64,000 nt of DNA from an uncultured virus (IMG/VR IMGVR_UViG_3300017998_000010) (IMGVR_UViG_3300017998_000010:1-64000); one strand, 5' to 3'. Shown: positions 12,937 through 24,550, counted from the stretch's first letter. Program-made: numbers and translations. Notes: generated by a model from the letters alone, not told the origin.

Positions 12937-14841
12937 TACCTACGTGGATAGGTATGATGGTAAGCATAAATGACCATAAAAGATTCTGGTAAGTATGTCC
13001 ATCTTGGGCACAGTTACGACAAGGATTGGTGCTTTATAGAGGATGATAAGGAACTTCAAGAATGGCTCAAGGATGGTAGCTTGGCTGAAGATGATATTAT
13101 TGTTGAAGTTAAAGCAATCTACAAGATCAAGAAGAACGTAACTATGTCTCTTGAACTGGACCAACAAAGTGATCTAAGATGAAATACAAAGAAGTTCTAG
13201 AAAAACTCAAACAAGGCTGGTGGCTTACAAAATATAGAGGACTCTATGGCAGACCACCAAGATGGCAATTATTCAATCCAAAAGCACCACCAGAATGGAA
13301 ACAAGCCGACCAAAAAATATTGACGTATGGTGTTGTTTACCATCAGACAGGAGAAAAAATAGTACTGCTCGAAAACATAAAGGAGATAAAGCACTTCCCA
13401 GCATTAACATATGCTTGGGTTGAGAAAGTAAATGGTGAAACGAAATGAAGTATTCTGATTTGGTTGTTTTATCCAACCGTAGCACACTCAACAAGATTGG
13501 TAAAGATGGCAAAATCATTCCACACGACAAGTATGATATTAGTCGTGTCGAATATATCTCTCAAGGATTGGAGATAGATTTAAAGAAAAAGTTATATAAA
13601 ACAATATTTGGTGCAGATTCCAGAGGCACTTACATCCAAAATGGGTTTATCATAAGGAATGGTTGGTATCAGATTGGGACAATAATAATTCCTGATTATG
13701 GGCTTAATGGTTATGGTGATGGTCTGCTTGGAGTCTATGACCGTACCAATTTTAAACATCTGTATAGTATGGTATATGACGTTGTAGAAGCAAATACAGA
13801 TTGGTCAAATGCGGATTGATGAAAAATGGAAGATGAAAAAATAATTAGAATAAATGGTAAACTATTCACACTCGACTCAATATTTTTTAACCACGACCCA
13901 GATGTTATAATTACAACAGATAATGATGAGGTTAATAAAAATCTCTTCACAAATGCAACACTGTGTATCACATATGTTTCGGATGAAATCAGCGATTATC
14001 TAGTTAATGGAAAATTTATAGAAGTTAGGAGAAAGAAAAAGTGATGAAAAATGGACAAAACAAGATATAGAAAGCTGTTGGCATATGCTTCCGTCTGTTT
14101 CAAGCATATGACAAATCCCTTTGAGACTATGCACCTTTCCAAGATGAATGTCACCTTGGATGAGTGCAGTGATCTAAGTGAAGTAATAGCCGATGAACTA
14201 GCTGGTATGGTATTCGACCAAGACTTGGTTGAAGCCGAAAAGATATTTCAGGAAACTCAAGGGTGAATGATATGAGTGACATTGAAGAGAGAGTAAGAAT
14301 CCTACCGAAATTCACTGATAAGAAAGTCACTATGCTAGAATATGAGGGCGAATATGTAGAGTTACCACCAAAAATTGGTAAAGCACTTACAAAAGAGCTA
14401 GAGGTAAAGAGGAAGGATAAGGATGATGAATACTATACCCTGCATCATATGAAAGAAGGTTTAGATGCAATGCGTTGGACTCTAGCACGACTTCATCCTG
14501 AAATGTTTGGTACAGAGAAGGCTGTTAAAGAACTATACAAGTGGAAACCAGAGGAATTCCAAGCTGGTGTGAACTTCAAGGAGAGTGGTTATTACAGTGA
14601 TGGTGATGAGGATGCACCCTTTTTCAGCGAAAAGTTCTTATATAATCTACTAGGCAAAGACGATGCAAGATCACTTCTGGGTATGTTAGATAGGGCACTT
14701 GGCACAAGGGGAAGGGTTTAATTTGAAATGCAACATACTAAAATCAAAATTCTATGGGCAATGGTGTAATAAGAGACAATGTGTTTTACATCCCTGTTCT
14801 CAATTGATTTCTGCACACAAACAAAGGTTGGGTGATGTTGT

Positions 14842-15144
14842 ATTAAAGAAAGTATAGAGACTAAGGAGAATATATTCTATCCAGTATATAGATGCCCAAA
14901 ATGTGGATATAAATCAAGTGTTACAAACATTTGTAGAAAATGTGGTAGGAGTATGTATGCCACAGGCGAATGTGATCGTTTTGATAAATTGACAGAACAA
15001 GTTATAAAGAGAAAATTAGAAAAGACAGATATTCATTATGATTTTGCTATTAGTCATAGTGAAATCACATCTGCTAGTGACATGGCTGAAGGTAGAAAGA
15101 TACCTAAATGGGCTTGGTTTGGGGATAAAGACCAAAACCCTTAA
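14842..15144 (+). CDS. Double-CxxC Zn-ribbon protein, probable ATT start
   Basis: Frame of the 14953 ORF stays open upstream through YRCPKCG...ICRKCG to TGA at 14833; GGTGA SD lies 6 nt before ATT 14842. Confidence 0.55.
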   Translation: MKESIETKENIFYPVYRCPKCGYKSSVTNICRKCGRSMYATGECDRFDKLTEQVIKRKLEKTDIHYDFAISHSEITSASDMAEGRKIPKWAWFGDKDQNP

Positions 15145-15148
15145 ATAC
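15131..15148 (+). promoter_or_regulatory. BRE-TATA promoter
   Basis: accaaaacccttaaatac before ATG 15177. Confidence 0.75.
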
Positions 15149-15766
15149 TCTGATATATCCCTATCTTCCGACAGTTATGAACCTATCTGATATCGAAAAG
15201 AATTGGGAAGTTTCCAAGATTTTAGTTACCGAAAATGCACAACCCAACTATCTTGCATACAAACTTGGTGCTTGGGGAATTTATGTTAGTAAAATGAAGC
15301 CAATCGTTACAGATATAAAAAGGAGTGCTTATCAACTTCCGATGCTCGTTGAGGTTCGTTCAAAGGAAAAGGTAGATGTACAGGCGTTCATTCTAGGTGA
15401 GAGACAATTCAAGGCATATAGAGTGTTCAAGCATGGTGAGGACTTTTACAAGATGGAAGATTGCATAGGACTCATAGCCAACACCATGAAAAGTATGTTA
15501 CACCATTTTAAAGAGCCAACAATCTTCTATATAGATTGTAAGTCTGTGGGTCTACGCAAGGCGTTCTATGAGATGGGTGAAAGAATTAACATGGAAGATC
15601 AAACAGGACACATATTTGACTTTGAGACTTATGATTATAAGCTGATTATCAAAAAGTATGATACCTATATTGGTGAGAACAACCCGTTCTACACAGGTTC
15701 CCAAATATTCACAGTTATAACTGGTAAAGATATGCAGAATACTTGGAATCAAGAAGAGTAGTTCCA

Positions 15767-16297
15767 ATGAGAAATGTTGCAATTGTTGGATCAGAAGGTG
15801 GTGAGTGGACACCGAATCAGAGAACAAAAGCTGTAAAAAAGATCAGAGAAATTCTTATTGATGAAACACCAAGAAAAATTGATCCTACTGGATATGATGG
15901 TGAATATAAGGATAGGACAGATATAACTCTAGTTTCTGGTGGCTGTGGTGGTGCAACTTCTGAAAATGAAAAAATCAAATTCTGTGGTGGGATAGATGAA
16001 TGGGCAGAAATTATAGCTGATAGTTTAGGAATTCCTAAAGATATAAAATATCCAGAAATTAACCAGTTTGAAGATGTTGAGAAACCAACAATGTTGAGTA
16101 AAATATACCCAGATGAAACGTGTCACTATAATACTAAAAAAATGAAGGGATATAAGTCTAGAAACATAGAGGTAGCAGAAATGTGTGATGTTCTTTATTG
16201 CCTCGACCCAAAAGGAAGAAAATGGTCTGGGGGAATGTGGGCAATGAACTATGCTAAAAATATAGGTAAAGAGACACATCACATCATTATTGAGTAA
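15767..16297 (+). CDS. SLOG superfamily (DprA/YAcAr-like) nucleotide-binding protein
   Basis: VAIVGS, LVSGGC..GIDEWAE, GYKSRNIEVAE, SGGMWAMNYA..GK. Confidence 0.7.
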   Translation: MRNVAIVGSEGGEWTPNQRTKAVKKIREILIDETPRKIDPTGYDGEYKDRTDITLVSGGCGGATSENEKIKFCGGIDEWAEIIADSLGIPKDIKYPEINQFEDVEKPTMLSKIYPDETCHYNTKKMKGYKSRNIEVAEMCDVLYCLDPKGRKWSGGMWAMNYAKNIGKETHHIIIE

Positions 16298-16302
16298 ATT
16301 TT

Positions 16303-17160
16303 TTAATATCCATTTTCTCTGTGGTTTAGGTAGAGTACACCGATTATAGCCCCAGCACCCAATACTAGAGAGGCATATACTAAGGTTAAGTCTGCATTTT
16401 CACCCGTAGCCCCTGTAGCACCTGTGTCACCCTTTGCTCCTATTGAACCTGTTGTGCCTGTGTCACCTTTTGGTCCTTGTAAACCCGTAGCACCCGTTTC
16501 ACCAATAGGACCAGTTTTACCTATTGTTCCTGTAGTTCCTGTAACACCTATTGGTCCAACAGGTCCAGTTGTACCAGTAGCACCTTTGGCTCCGGTGGCT
16601 CCTGTTGCACCTCTAGCACCTGTAGCACCAGTTCTACCTATTAATCCTCTAATGTTTGCTGTGAAAACCCATGAACCAGATATTTTCTCATAAACAGTTG
16701 AATTTCCTGTATAGAGGCAGAAATCACCATTTACACCTGTTGAATTTACATTTGGTATTGTAGCACTACTATACCATGTTGATCCATTTGTACCGTTAGA
16801 ACCTGTAACACCTTTTAGAATAGGCACGGTGAAGTTTGCTGAAGTTGTATCAGAAGTGAGGGCAGTATCTACAGCAGTAATTGTAAAGTTCCCACCCATT
16901 TGATCTAGAGCAGTGACCATGCATACAAAACCACCCAGAGAGTCAGAGGTGATGTTATATGGAATTGTAACCATCTGTGTTGTGTTCCAATATATTTTGA
17001 TAGTCTGGTTGGCTTGGAATCCAGAACCCATAATTGTTGTTGTCACACCTGTAGATGGATTCAACATGATCGTAGGTGATGGTGTAGCTGAAGCTAAACC
17101 CAGAGACATTACGCCTAGTATAAGTATAATAAACATTCCTAAACTTAGTTTGTTAAACAT
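16303..17160 (-). CDS. Exported collagen-like protein with Ig-like N-domain and C-terminal membrane anchor
   Basis: Signal peptide, beta-rich domain (GSGF...IYWN), about 28 contiguous G-X-Y triplets, C-terminal TM; own promoter at 17192-17209 (-). Confidence 0.85.
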   Translation of the reverse strand: MFNKLSLGMFIILILGVMSLGLASATPSPTIMLNPSTGVTTTIMGSGFQANQTIKIYWNTTQMVTIPYNITSDSLGGFVCMVTALDQMGGNFTITAVDTALTSDTTSANFTVPILKGVTGSNGTNGSTWYSSATIPNVNSTGVNGDFCLYTGNSTVYEKISGSWVFTANIRGLIGRTGATGARGATGATGAKGATGTTGPVGPIGVTGTTGTIGKTGPIGETGATGLQGPKGDTGTTGSIGAKGDTGATGATGENADLTLVYASLVLGAGAIIGVLYLNHRENGY

Positions 17161-17261
17161 CTTCTATCAGTTATATATGAAAACCGTTCTCATTTATAAA
17201 CTTTGTGGTTGGTTAGAAATATTTATATGATAATAAAAATAAAAAAGGGAAGATAGATGGT

Positions 17262-18071
<810 letters not shown>

Positions 18072-18285
18072 GTTTTCTACCGTATATGAAAATACCGAAC
18101 TTATATAAAAGTGTTTCGGTTTATAGGTTATATCATACAATAGGAGTAGAAAGTGGAAGCGTAGATGGAGTAGAAACCCCAGAATTATATTATATTTATA
18201 TAAGATAACTACTAATATCGGAAGGTTTTTATATCACTGTAATATATCCTACATTAGATGATATAACTGGGAAGAGTGTGTGGGA

Positions 18286-18414
18286 ATGAATATAGTATGT
18301 TTAATACTTGGTCATAAGTGGAAAATTGTGAATAAACATCTCCGATATTGCGAGAGATGTCCTGAATCAGAGAGTTTGGCTTATTTGGTTGTTGATGAGT
18401 ATCAAAAAACATAA
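18286..18414 (+). CDS. 42-aa C-x3-GHKW...CxRC protein (DUF1660-like; not in ORF track)
   Basis: MNIVCLILGHKWKIVNKHLRYCERC. Confidence 0.5.
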   Translation: MNIVCLILGHKWKIVNKHLRYCERCPESESLAYLVVDEYQKT

Positions 18415-18435
18415 ATTAATTCGTGGTGTCTAAAA

Positions 18436-18738
18436 ATGGTATGTGATAATTTCACAATCTATAAACGTAAACCAGAAGATTTTGGTTTTGTATGTCTAAG
18501 GAAAGAGGATGGTTACAAGTCAATTTGGTTATCTCTTTCTGGTGTAGATGTGGATAAGCCAGTAAATTTTGTAAAAGCAAATGGTGACAGACTATTTGAT
18601 GTTAATTTCTTTGATCGTTTAGTAGATGTCATAGGGCACGAATCATTACATTCTGTTATTGCAGACTTAGAGAATTGGGAGGTTTCAAAGAGCTATGATA
18701 AACTCTATCATAATAAGGGTGCTTGGTGGTTGCCCTAA
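18436..18738 (+). CDS. Small HExxH protein
   Basis: VIGHESLHSVI. Confidence 0.45.
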   Translation: MVCDNFTIYKRKPEDFGFVCLRKEDGYKSIWLSLSGVDVDKPVNFVKANGDRLFDVNFFDRLVDVIGHESLHSVIADLENWEVSKSYDKLYHNKGAWWLP

Positions 18739-18942
18739 TATAAATGTTTATAAAAAAATTAACCCAAAGGCATATTTCTTAATTTGTAGAAAGCATCATC
18801 AATAGCTTCGTGCATGGTCATTCCGTAACCAGATTCCTTTGCAACCTCATCGTCTGTCTCAGCATCACGGAGTGTACAAATCCACAACCTCACGGACTTG
18901 GAATAATACGGGTCACAGGTGTACTTCTTTCCCTTATAAATT

Positions 18943-19248
18943 CTAACTCTTTTCAAGTACTTTCATCATCCTTTTAGCTGATCTTTCGGCATTTTTCTTT
19001 AATCTATTGACAACAGCCTTAGAAACATCAGTAATGTTTTCATAGTTTGGTGATAATCCCCAAACTAGAAAATATCTATCCTCAAGTGGTAATCCCCAAT
19101 GTTGGGATAATTTTGGAAGTAATTTATATAGAGCATCTTCATAGGATATAGCATGTGAATATGCAACTCTACGCCAAATTTTTCTTTTTGGTTGGTCATC
19201 ATAGGAATCTGTTTCCCACATCAAAGATACTGTTTTTCTAGTTGTCAT
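18943..19248 (-). CDS. Hypothetical protein (start moved to ATG 19248)
   Basis: Promoter accacaacctttttaag at 19277-19293 (-) lies inside the longer ORF-track call. Confidence 0.55.
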   Translation of the reverse strand: MTTRKTVSLMWETDSYDDQPKRKIWRRVAYSHAISYEDALYKLLPKLSQHWGLPLEDRYFLVWGLSPNYENITDVSKAVVNRLKKNAERSAKRMMKVLEKS

Positions 19249-19276
19249 TATATCGTATATTGCATTATCAACCTTG

Positions 19277-19317
19277 CTTAAAAAGGTTGTGGTTATGAAA
19301 CCGAAACTCTTATATAC
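19277..19317. promoter_or_regulatory. Back-to-back divergent BRE-TATA promoters
   Basis: accacaacctttttaag (-, 19277-19293) and accgaaactcttatatac (+, 19300-19317). Confidence 0.75.
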
Positions 19318-19618
19318 ACCACAGCCGTTGTAGTGTGTGATGCAAAATGGATCGAAAAATAATTCCAATCCTTATGATGTTGGGGATAGATATCTTCCTC
19401 TTTGGTATGTGGTATGAAATGCCGGGTATTGGCACTTATACCAACGCTATGGTTTTTGCCAATACCTATGAACGTGGTGTTGGTGGCTTCCTTATTACTC
19501 TTGGACTTTCTCTAGGCTTAGATAGTGTAATACTCATCTTTTTTGATGAGCTTTTTTAATAAAATATTAGGCAAACAACCGAAATGCTTATAAATAACTA
19601 TGATGCTTATATGTTTCA

Positions 19619-20986
19619 ATGATTGAACTAAAGGTTAATCAAACAATTCGTAGTTTGTTTGCTGGTTTAGATGAAAGAGAAATATATGATGAGTTAGAAA
19701 AAGATATTCAGAAACGTGGCATTTTGGTTAAAGGTGTTGTTGCTAATTCACCTGAAGAGTATAAGGGTACGATTGTATGTGGTGATAAACGTCATACACT
19801 TGCCACAAAGCTAGGAAAGGAATTTCCTTATATTTTGGAGGAATTCAAGGATTTTGAGGAAATAATGGAATATGCTAAGAACGATAATCTTCTAAGACGG
19901 CAACTCACGCCAGCACAAAAATTAAAAGTCGAATCAAATTATATTGAATGGTTACGAAAGACACGCCAAGAACATGTAGATATAAGAGGTGTATCAAGTG
20001 ATACACCAATTGGAAATACAAGAGAACTTTTAGCAGAAAAAGTTGGTATGAGTCCAGCCACAGCACAGAGAGCATTGTATGTTATTGAAAATGCTACAGA
20101 CGAAGTTAAAAAAGATATGTATAGTGGTGAAACATCAATTTCTGGTGCTTATAAAAAAGTGAAGAAAACAAAGGAGAAAGGAGAGAAAGATAAGAAAGAC
20201 AACCTTATAAAAAAATTCAACTTTGATAGTGGTGTTGAGTGGTGTGATTATGGCATCAATATCTATGAGGGCTGTTTCCACAATTGCACATACTGTTATG
20301 CAAAACTAATGAATGATCGTTTCAAGTGGGTAGAAGTGTGGAATGAACCTAAAAAGCGAAATCTAGATTTGGTTGCTTTGGAAAAGGCTCTAGAGGGTAT
20401 TCCACCCGGAGTTTTCTTCTTTTGTTCCACATGTGATGCATATCAACCTTTAAACAAGACGTTGAAATGGGCTAGAGAAGTCTTACAAGTTATGCTCAAA
20501 TCTAAACACCACATATTAATTCTCACAAAATCGTCTGATGTTGAAGATGATTTTGATCTCATATCTCAGTATAAAAATGTTGAAGTTGGCTTCACTATAA
20601 CCTCTCTGGATGATATAACATATAAGAAATATGAACCAAATTCTAGTTTACCATCGGAGAAGGTTAGGGTGTTGAAAAAAGCCAAGGAAATGGGAATAAA
20701 GACACTCGTTTCAATTGAGCCTTGGATCATAGGACATACAGACCCACTTGAAATCATAAAACAACTACATCCTTTTGTTGACCGTTGGATAGTTGGTGTC
20801 GCAAACTATATGGGATTCCAACTCGAATCTTACAGAGTGTATGTACCAACACTCATAACATATCTCATTGAAAATAACATAAACTATAGGTTCAAGGCTG
20901 AGTTAGACCGTGTGGTAAAATCATACCCAATATTAAGTAGAGAAAGTTACGAAAAATCTCTGTCTCAGCAGGTGGGAGATCAGTAG
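19619..20986 (+). CDS. ParB-like N-terminal/HTH domain fused to SPL-like radical SAM domain
   Basis: IVCGDKRH and DNLLRRQLT (ParB-N); LAEKVGMSPATAQRA (HTH); GCFHNCTYCYA (CxxxCxxC); STCDAYQP, ILTKS, SIEPWI; promoter accgaaatgcttataaat at 19578. Confidence 0.85.
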   Translation: MIELKVNQTIRSLFAGLDEREIYDELEKDIQKRGILVKGVVANSPEEYKGTIVCGDKRHTLATKLGKEFPYILEEFKDFEEIMEYAKNDNLLRRQLTPAQKLKVESNYIEWLRKTRQEHVDIRGVSSDTPIGNTRELLAEKVGMSPATAQRALYVIENATDEVKKDMYSGETSISGAYKKVKKTKEKGEKDKKDNLIKKFNFDSGVEWCDYGINIYEGCFHNCTYCYAKLMNDRFKWVEVWNEPKKRNLDLVALEKALEGIPPGVFFFCSTCDAYQPLNKTLKWAREVLQVMLKSKHHILILTKSSDVEDDFDLISQYKNVEVGFTITSLDDITYKKYEPNSSLPSEKVRVLKKAKEMGIKTLVSIEPWIIGHTDPLEIIKQLHPFVDRWIVGVANYMGFQLESYRVYVPTLITYLIENNINYRFKAELDRVVKSYPILSRESYEKSLSQQVGDQ

Positions 20987-21039
20987 TGATCGAAAAACTT
21001 TTATACTACATATTATATATGTTCAAGGTGATATAGAAG

Positions 21040-21867
21040 TTGCCATCTTTGATAACGTGGGAAGAACCGTATAAATACAAGCCATATGAAAATATGCCAT
21101 CACGACATACTTTAGATAAAGAAAAGCTAAACATTAGATTACTGGACAAATGCGGTGGTAAACCAATTAGCACAGACCTAGTACCGTTTATAAGTATGAA
21201 AGGATTGCCAAAAATAAAACCATATAGCGGAGAAGAGAATATAGATAAATATAATATACTCAAATATATATTACATATCCTAGTTGATTCTGGTCTTAAA
21301 TCATACGGAACATTTAGAGATTTATGTTGCAAACGTTCTGATACTTTATTGTCAACGGCTGGTTTGGCTCTAAGTTTTGGGTTTTTTGTTTTTGCTTGTG
21401 GTAATGATGTAAGTGAAATGAAAAGTCAAAAAAAACTTACGTTTTGGGTAAACCCAGATATTACTAAGTCACGATTTATAGGTGAAATATCTTTTGATAA
21501 TTTGGGAAAATATGCTGATTGTTCTGTTTGGGATGCTTGTGGAATAGAAAAAGCACATTCACCCTTTATGGAAGAGGTTGTGAAACATAGTAATAGTACA
21601 ATCTGGTTTCTTTCAAGTCTCTGTGGATTGCCAACAAGTATGTATGGTAATAAAAATAATGTTTCAATATATGGTCATCCATATCCAACAGGTAAAGGTG
21701 CTTTATATGATCTGGTGGAAATTATTATTTATCATTTTAGAGATATTGGTTATAATGCTTATGCTTTAAAAACAAATCATGGTGACTATATAATTGTAAT
21801 CACTAAATTAAAAATTCTGAATAAATACATACCTAATAGAGAGCGAATTATGATAGATATAATATAA
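21040..21867 (+). CDS. Hypothetical protein, possibly a degenerate Rossmann methyltransferase (TcmP-like)
   Basis: KYNILKY...FRDLCC...STAGLAL...VWDACG loosely echoes TcmP-type motifs; adjacent to the radical SAM gene. Confidence 0.3.
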   Translation: MPSLITWEEPYKYKPYENMPSRHTLDKEKLNIRLLDKCGGKPISTDLVPFISMKGLPKIKPYSGEENIDKYNILKYILHILVDSGLKSYGTFRDLCCKRSDTLLSTAGLALSFGFFVFACGNDVSEMKSQKKLTFWVNPDITKSRFIGEISFDNLGKYADCSVWDACGIEKAHSPFMEEVVKHSNSTIWFLSSLCGLPTSMYGNKNNVSIYGHPYPTGKGALYDLVEIIIYHFRDIGYNAYALKTNHGDYIIVITKLKILNKYIPNRERIMIDII

Positions 21868-21891
21868 TAAATATTAAATATTTTGAAATTT

Positions 21892-22986
21892 TTAGTTGGT
21901 TGGTATATATTTATTAAAGTAGTAGTCGAGTGCTTCAATTATAACTTCGCTACGTGTTCGCTTTGTTTCCTTTGCACGTTTAAATATATTGTCTAACAAT
22001 TCTTTGGGTATGTTTGTAATTAACTTATTTTTGAGTGTATGTTGTATAGGTAGTCTTTTTCTAAACTCGTTTGCATAATCTTCTAATGGAAACTTTTTTC
22101 TTGCATAATTTTGTCTCAAAAATTCCAATGTGTTACGTATGTCCTGTGTTTGTTTAACATCTTCTTTTTTACCATCACGGTATACCATATTTCTTATAAT
22201 ATTTACTATTTCTTTCTTTTGCGGTGACTTTGGTACTTTTTGAAGTTGAGAGAGAATATTTGAGTCTTTTATTTTACCCTCACTAATGATCTCTTCCATT
22301 TCTTCATCAACATTTCTTAGCCCTTTTTGAACGGCTAATTTTACTGATTTATTTATGTAATTTTCACTAAAAGTACCATCTGCTAACAGGTCTTGTTTAG
22401 CCGCATTTATTACAAAATGTCGTTCCTTTCTGGATAGATCATCGAGTGGTTTACCAAATGTATCAATAGCAATTTTTGGTGCAATTGTACTATAAACAAA
22501 GTTACCGGGATCATCTAGTTTATTTGGTGTGCTTAAATTATATCTTAATTTTGCCTTCCCAATAGATATTTCATCATATTCCTCAAACGGCTTTTTGTCA
22601 ACTAATATTCTCCAATTAATATCTTCCAAGGTATATGGTGTGCCATCTGGTTTGAGGTGTAAACCTTTTTCAACTTCCCTTGCTATAAGTGTTTTTGTTA
22701 CACCATCTAATGCGTAAAAATTACCAAATTTATCTTTTACAACAATGATGGGTCTTTCTATACCACACCTCAAAACACTTTGTTTTAGTGTTTCAATTTC
22801 GGGTTTTGATCTGAGATTTTTAAAATAAGTAATATTTATCTCAGATGGTAATACATACACATCTTTCTTTGGTATTTCTCTGATTACATTTTCTTTATTC
22901 ATATCGATCCAGACATAGGTGGTATTATGTAGTATAAAAGGTTTTCTATATTTAGTCATTAAAAAAAGAGGCTGTATCATCTGCAA
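21892..22986 (-). CDS. ParB/Srx-like N-terminal domain protein with C-terminal RHH
   Basis: LKQSVLRCGIERPIIVV...YALDGVTK; C-terminal NIPKELLD...RTRSEVIIEALDYY. Confidence 0.7.
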   Translation of the reverse strand: MQMIQPLFLMTKYRKPFILHNTTYVWIDMNKENVIREIPKKDVYVLPSEINITYFKNLRSKPEIETLKQSVLRCGIERPIIVVKDKFGNFYALDGVTKTLIAREVEKGLHLKPDGTPYTLEDINWRILVDKKPFEEYDEISIGKAKLRYNLSTPNKLDDPGNFVYSTIAPKIAIDTFGKPLDDLSRKERHFVINAAKQDLLADGTFSENYINKSVKLAVQKGLRNVDEEMEEIISEGKIKDSNILSQLQKVPKSPQKKEIVNIIRNMVYRDGKKEDVKQTQDIRNTLEFLRQNYARKKFPLEDYANEFRKRLPIQHTLKNKLITNIPKELLDNIFKRAKETKRTRSEVIIEALDYYFNKYIPTN

Positions 22987-23686
22987 TGGTTAAATTTACC
23001 CTTTTTAACGCCATCTCATAATAATTCTTATCTAATTCAATTCCTATAAAATTCCTACCCAACTCTTTGGCAATTACACAAGTCGTTCCTGAACCACACA
23101 TAGGGTCTAAAATTAAATCTCCAACTTTACTATGTCTTTCTATAAGTGGTTGAATCATCCACCTATATTTTTCTGTTGGATGTTCTGTCTCTTTTTCACC
23201 AATATTTCCATAAAAAACATTTATCATTTCATCTTGGCTAAAGAAATTCAGTTTGTATTTCTCCCTACTTAGCCACATTGCTAACTCGAAACCACTTCTG
23301 TAATTATTTTTACGTATGTGCGGTACAGGATTTCTTTTTATAAATGCAAAAAGATTTCTATATTTAAACGCCAGTTTTAGTGGTGAAAGCCACTCATCGT
23401 ATCCTCTATTATAAAAAACAATAACAGAACCATCTTGTTTCAGAATACGTGAAAATTCTACAGCCGATTTTTCCATTATATCATTATAATCTTCTTTGTT
23501 AAAAGTATCGACAAACCCATCATCTCCCCAAGCAACATTTGTAGACATTGGATTGTTGCCAATCATAGTGAGTTTTGAATCACTACCAATATTATAAGGT
23601 GGATCAAATATAATTAAATCTATGCTATTAGCTGGTATTGAACACATTATTTCAAAACAATCACCATTAATAATCTGGTTTAACAT
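22952..23686 (-). CDS. N4-C/N6-A DNA methyltransferase (beta class)
   Basis: GDC, DLIIFDPPY, HPTEK, LDPMCGSGTT, FIGIELD. Confidence 0.92.
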   Translation of the reverse strand: MLNQIINGDCFEIMCSIPANSIDLIIFDPPYNIGSDSKLTMIGNNPMSTNVAWGDDGFVDTFNKEDYNDIMEKSAVEFSRILKQDGSVIVFYNRGYDEWLSPLKLAFKYRNLFAFIKRNPVPHIRKNNYRSGFELAMWLSREKYKLNFFSQDEMINVFYGNIGEKETEHPTEKYRWMIQPLIERHSKVGDLILDPMCGSGTTCVIAKELGRNFIGIELDKNYYEMALKRVNLTIADDTASFFND

Positions 23687-23754
23687 AAACGATAGTTAAA
23701 TATAAGTTTAGTATTTAAACCTTTGTCTTTCTCAATCTTGGCATTAGATGGGCA

Positions 23755-23772
23755 ACCGAAACACTTATATAC
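23755..23772 (+). promoter_or_regulatory. BRE-TATA promoter (class A), divergent from the methylase promoter
   Basis: accgaaacacttatatac; opposite-strand agacaaaggtttaaatac at about 23711-23728. Confidence 0.8.
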
Positions 23773-23790
23773 TCACATGTACATTCGCAT

Positions 23791-23943
23791 ATGGTCAATA
23801 TGGGAAAACCAAAAGTAATCCTTCCAGATAAGCATATCGCAAGAAGCAATGCGGCTAAGAAGGCTTGGGAAACAATTCGACACAATGCAAGAAGCAACAC
23901 AGCTAAAAAGGCTTGGAAAACAAGGAGAGCAAAGAAGAAATAA
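23791..23943 (+). CDS. 50-aa basic protein with two ARSNxAKKAWxTxR repeats (not in ORF track)
   Basis: ARSNAAKKAWETIRHN / ARSNTAKKAWKTRRAK; own promoter upstream and T-tract downstream. Confidence 0.75.
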   Translation: MVNMGKPKVILPDKHIARSNAAKKAWETIRHNARSNTAKKAWKTRRAKKK

Positions 23944-23961
23944 CTGCCGTAATCTTTCCAG

Positions 23962-23977
23962 TTTTTGTTTTTTTTTT
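23962..23977 (+). terminator. Oligo-T archaeal terminator
   Basis: tttttgtttttttttt just after stop 23943 and before the next promoter at 23982. Confidence 0.6.
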
Positions 23978-24027
23978 CTAAACCGAAATGTTTATATATG
24001 TTGTTAAATATTATGGTTTGATAAACA

Positions 24028-24348
24028 ATGAATAAGATTATTCAAAACAACTATAGTTTGTTGGGTAAGGTTTTTTACACAAAGACAAAGGATCAACCTA
24101 CAATCACATCCGATGATTTTAGGGAACTTGGACTTGAACAGTATCTTGACAATGAAACCTTTAGTATTGGTGGTTTCTTTAGATACCTGAGTATGTATGG
24201 TCACATCGTACCGACTGGTAAGATGGTTAGATCAGAAATTCCATCCAGCCATTACAGAAAAATCACTGTCTGGAAATGGAGTAAGGTATCTCACGATACC
24301 AAGAAACATTGTGGTTCCTGTGTTCTGTTAGGTCTAGTTTTAGATTAA
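24028..24348 (+). CDS. Winged-helix-like DNA-binding protein
   Basis: IGGFFRYL...GHIVPTGKMVRS...SHYRKITVW; promoter accgaaatgtttatatat at 23982. Confidence 0.45.
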   Translation: MNKIIQNNYSLLGKVFYTKTKDQPTITSDDFRELGLEQYLDNETFSIGGFFRYLSMYGHIVPTGKMVRSEIPSSHYRKITVWKWSKVSHDTKKHCGSCVLLGLVLD

Positions 24349-24550
24349 AATCCATTTTTTATATTAATTACCACAAACTTTATAGGTAACTGCATATATT
24401 TTATATATGATCAACATGTCTGATGATATTATCAAAAGTGCTATTGAAGGCATCGTGATTGCTGTAAGTGTAATGGTTGTTATTTTTACTATTGTAGCTC
24501 TGGTTGTAGCTTACTTACTTATTTTTCATTAACCTCATCGTGGTTTTTAT

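Larger units (their letters stand above)
4..16297 (+). other. Putative early region: roughly 50 short, co-oriented, often overlapping hypothetical ORFs, many with CxxC motifs or TM helices
   Basis: ORF track shows near-continuous + strand tiling with ATGA/TAATG junctions and GGTGA SD sites; a recurrent BRE-TATA motif splits it into cassettes. Confidence 0.75.

Noticed and set aside
18143..18176. ggagtagaaa direct repeat in an intergenic gap
   Set aside because: Only two 10-bp copies, with no structure or context to support a function
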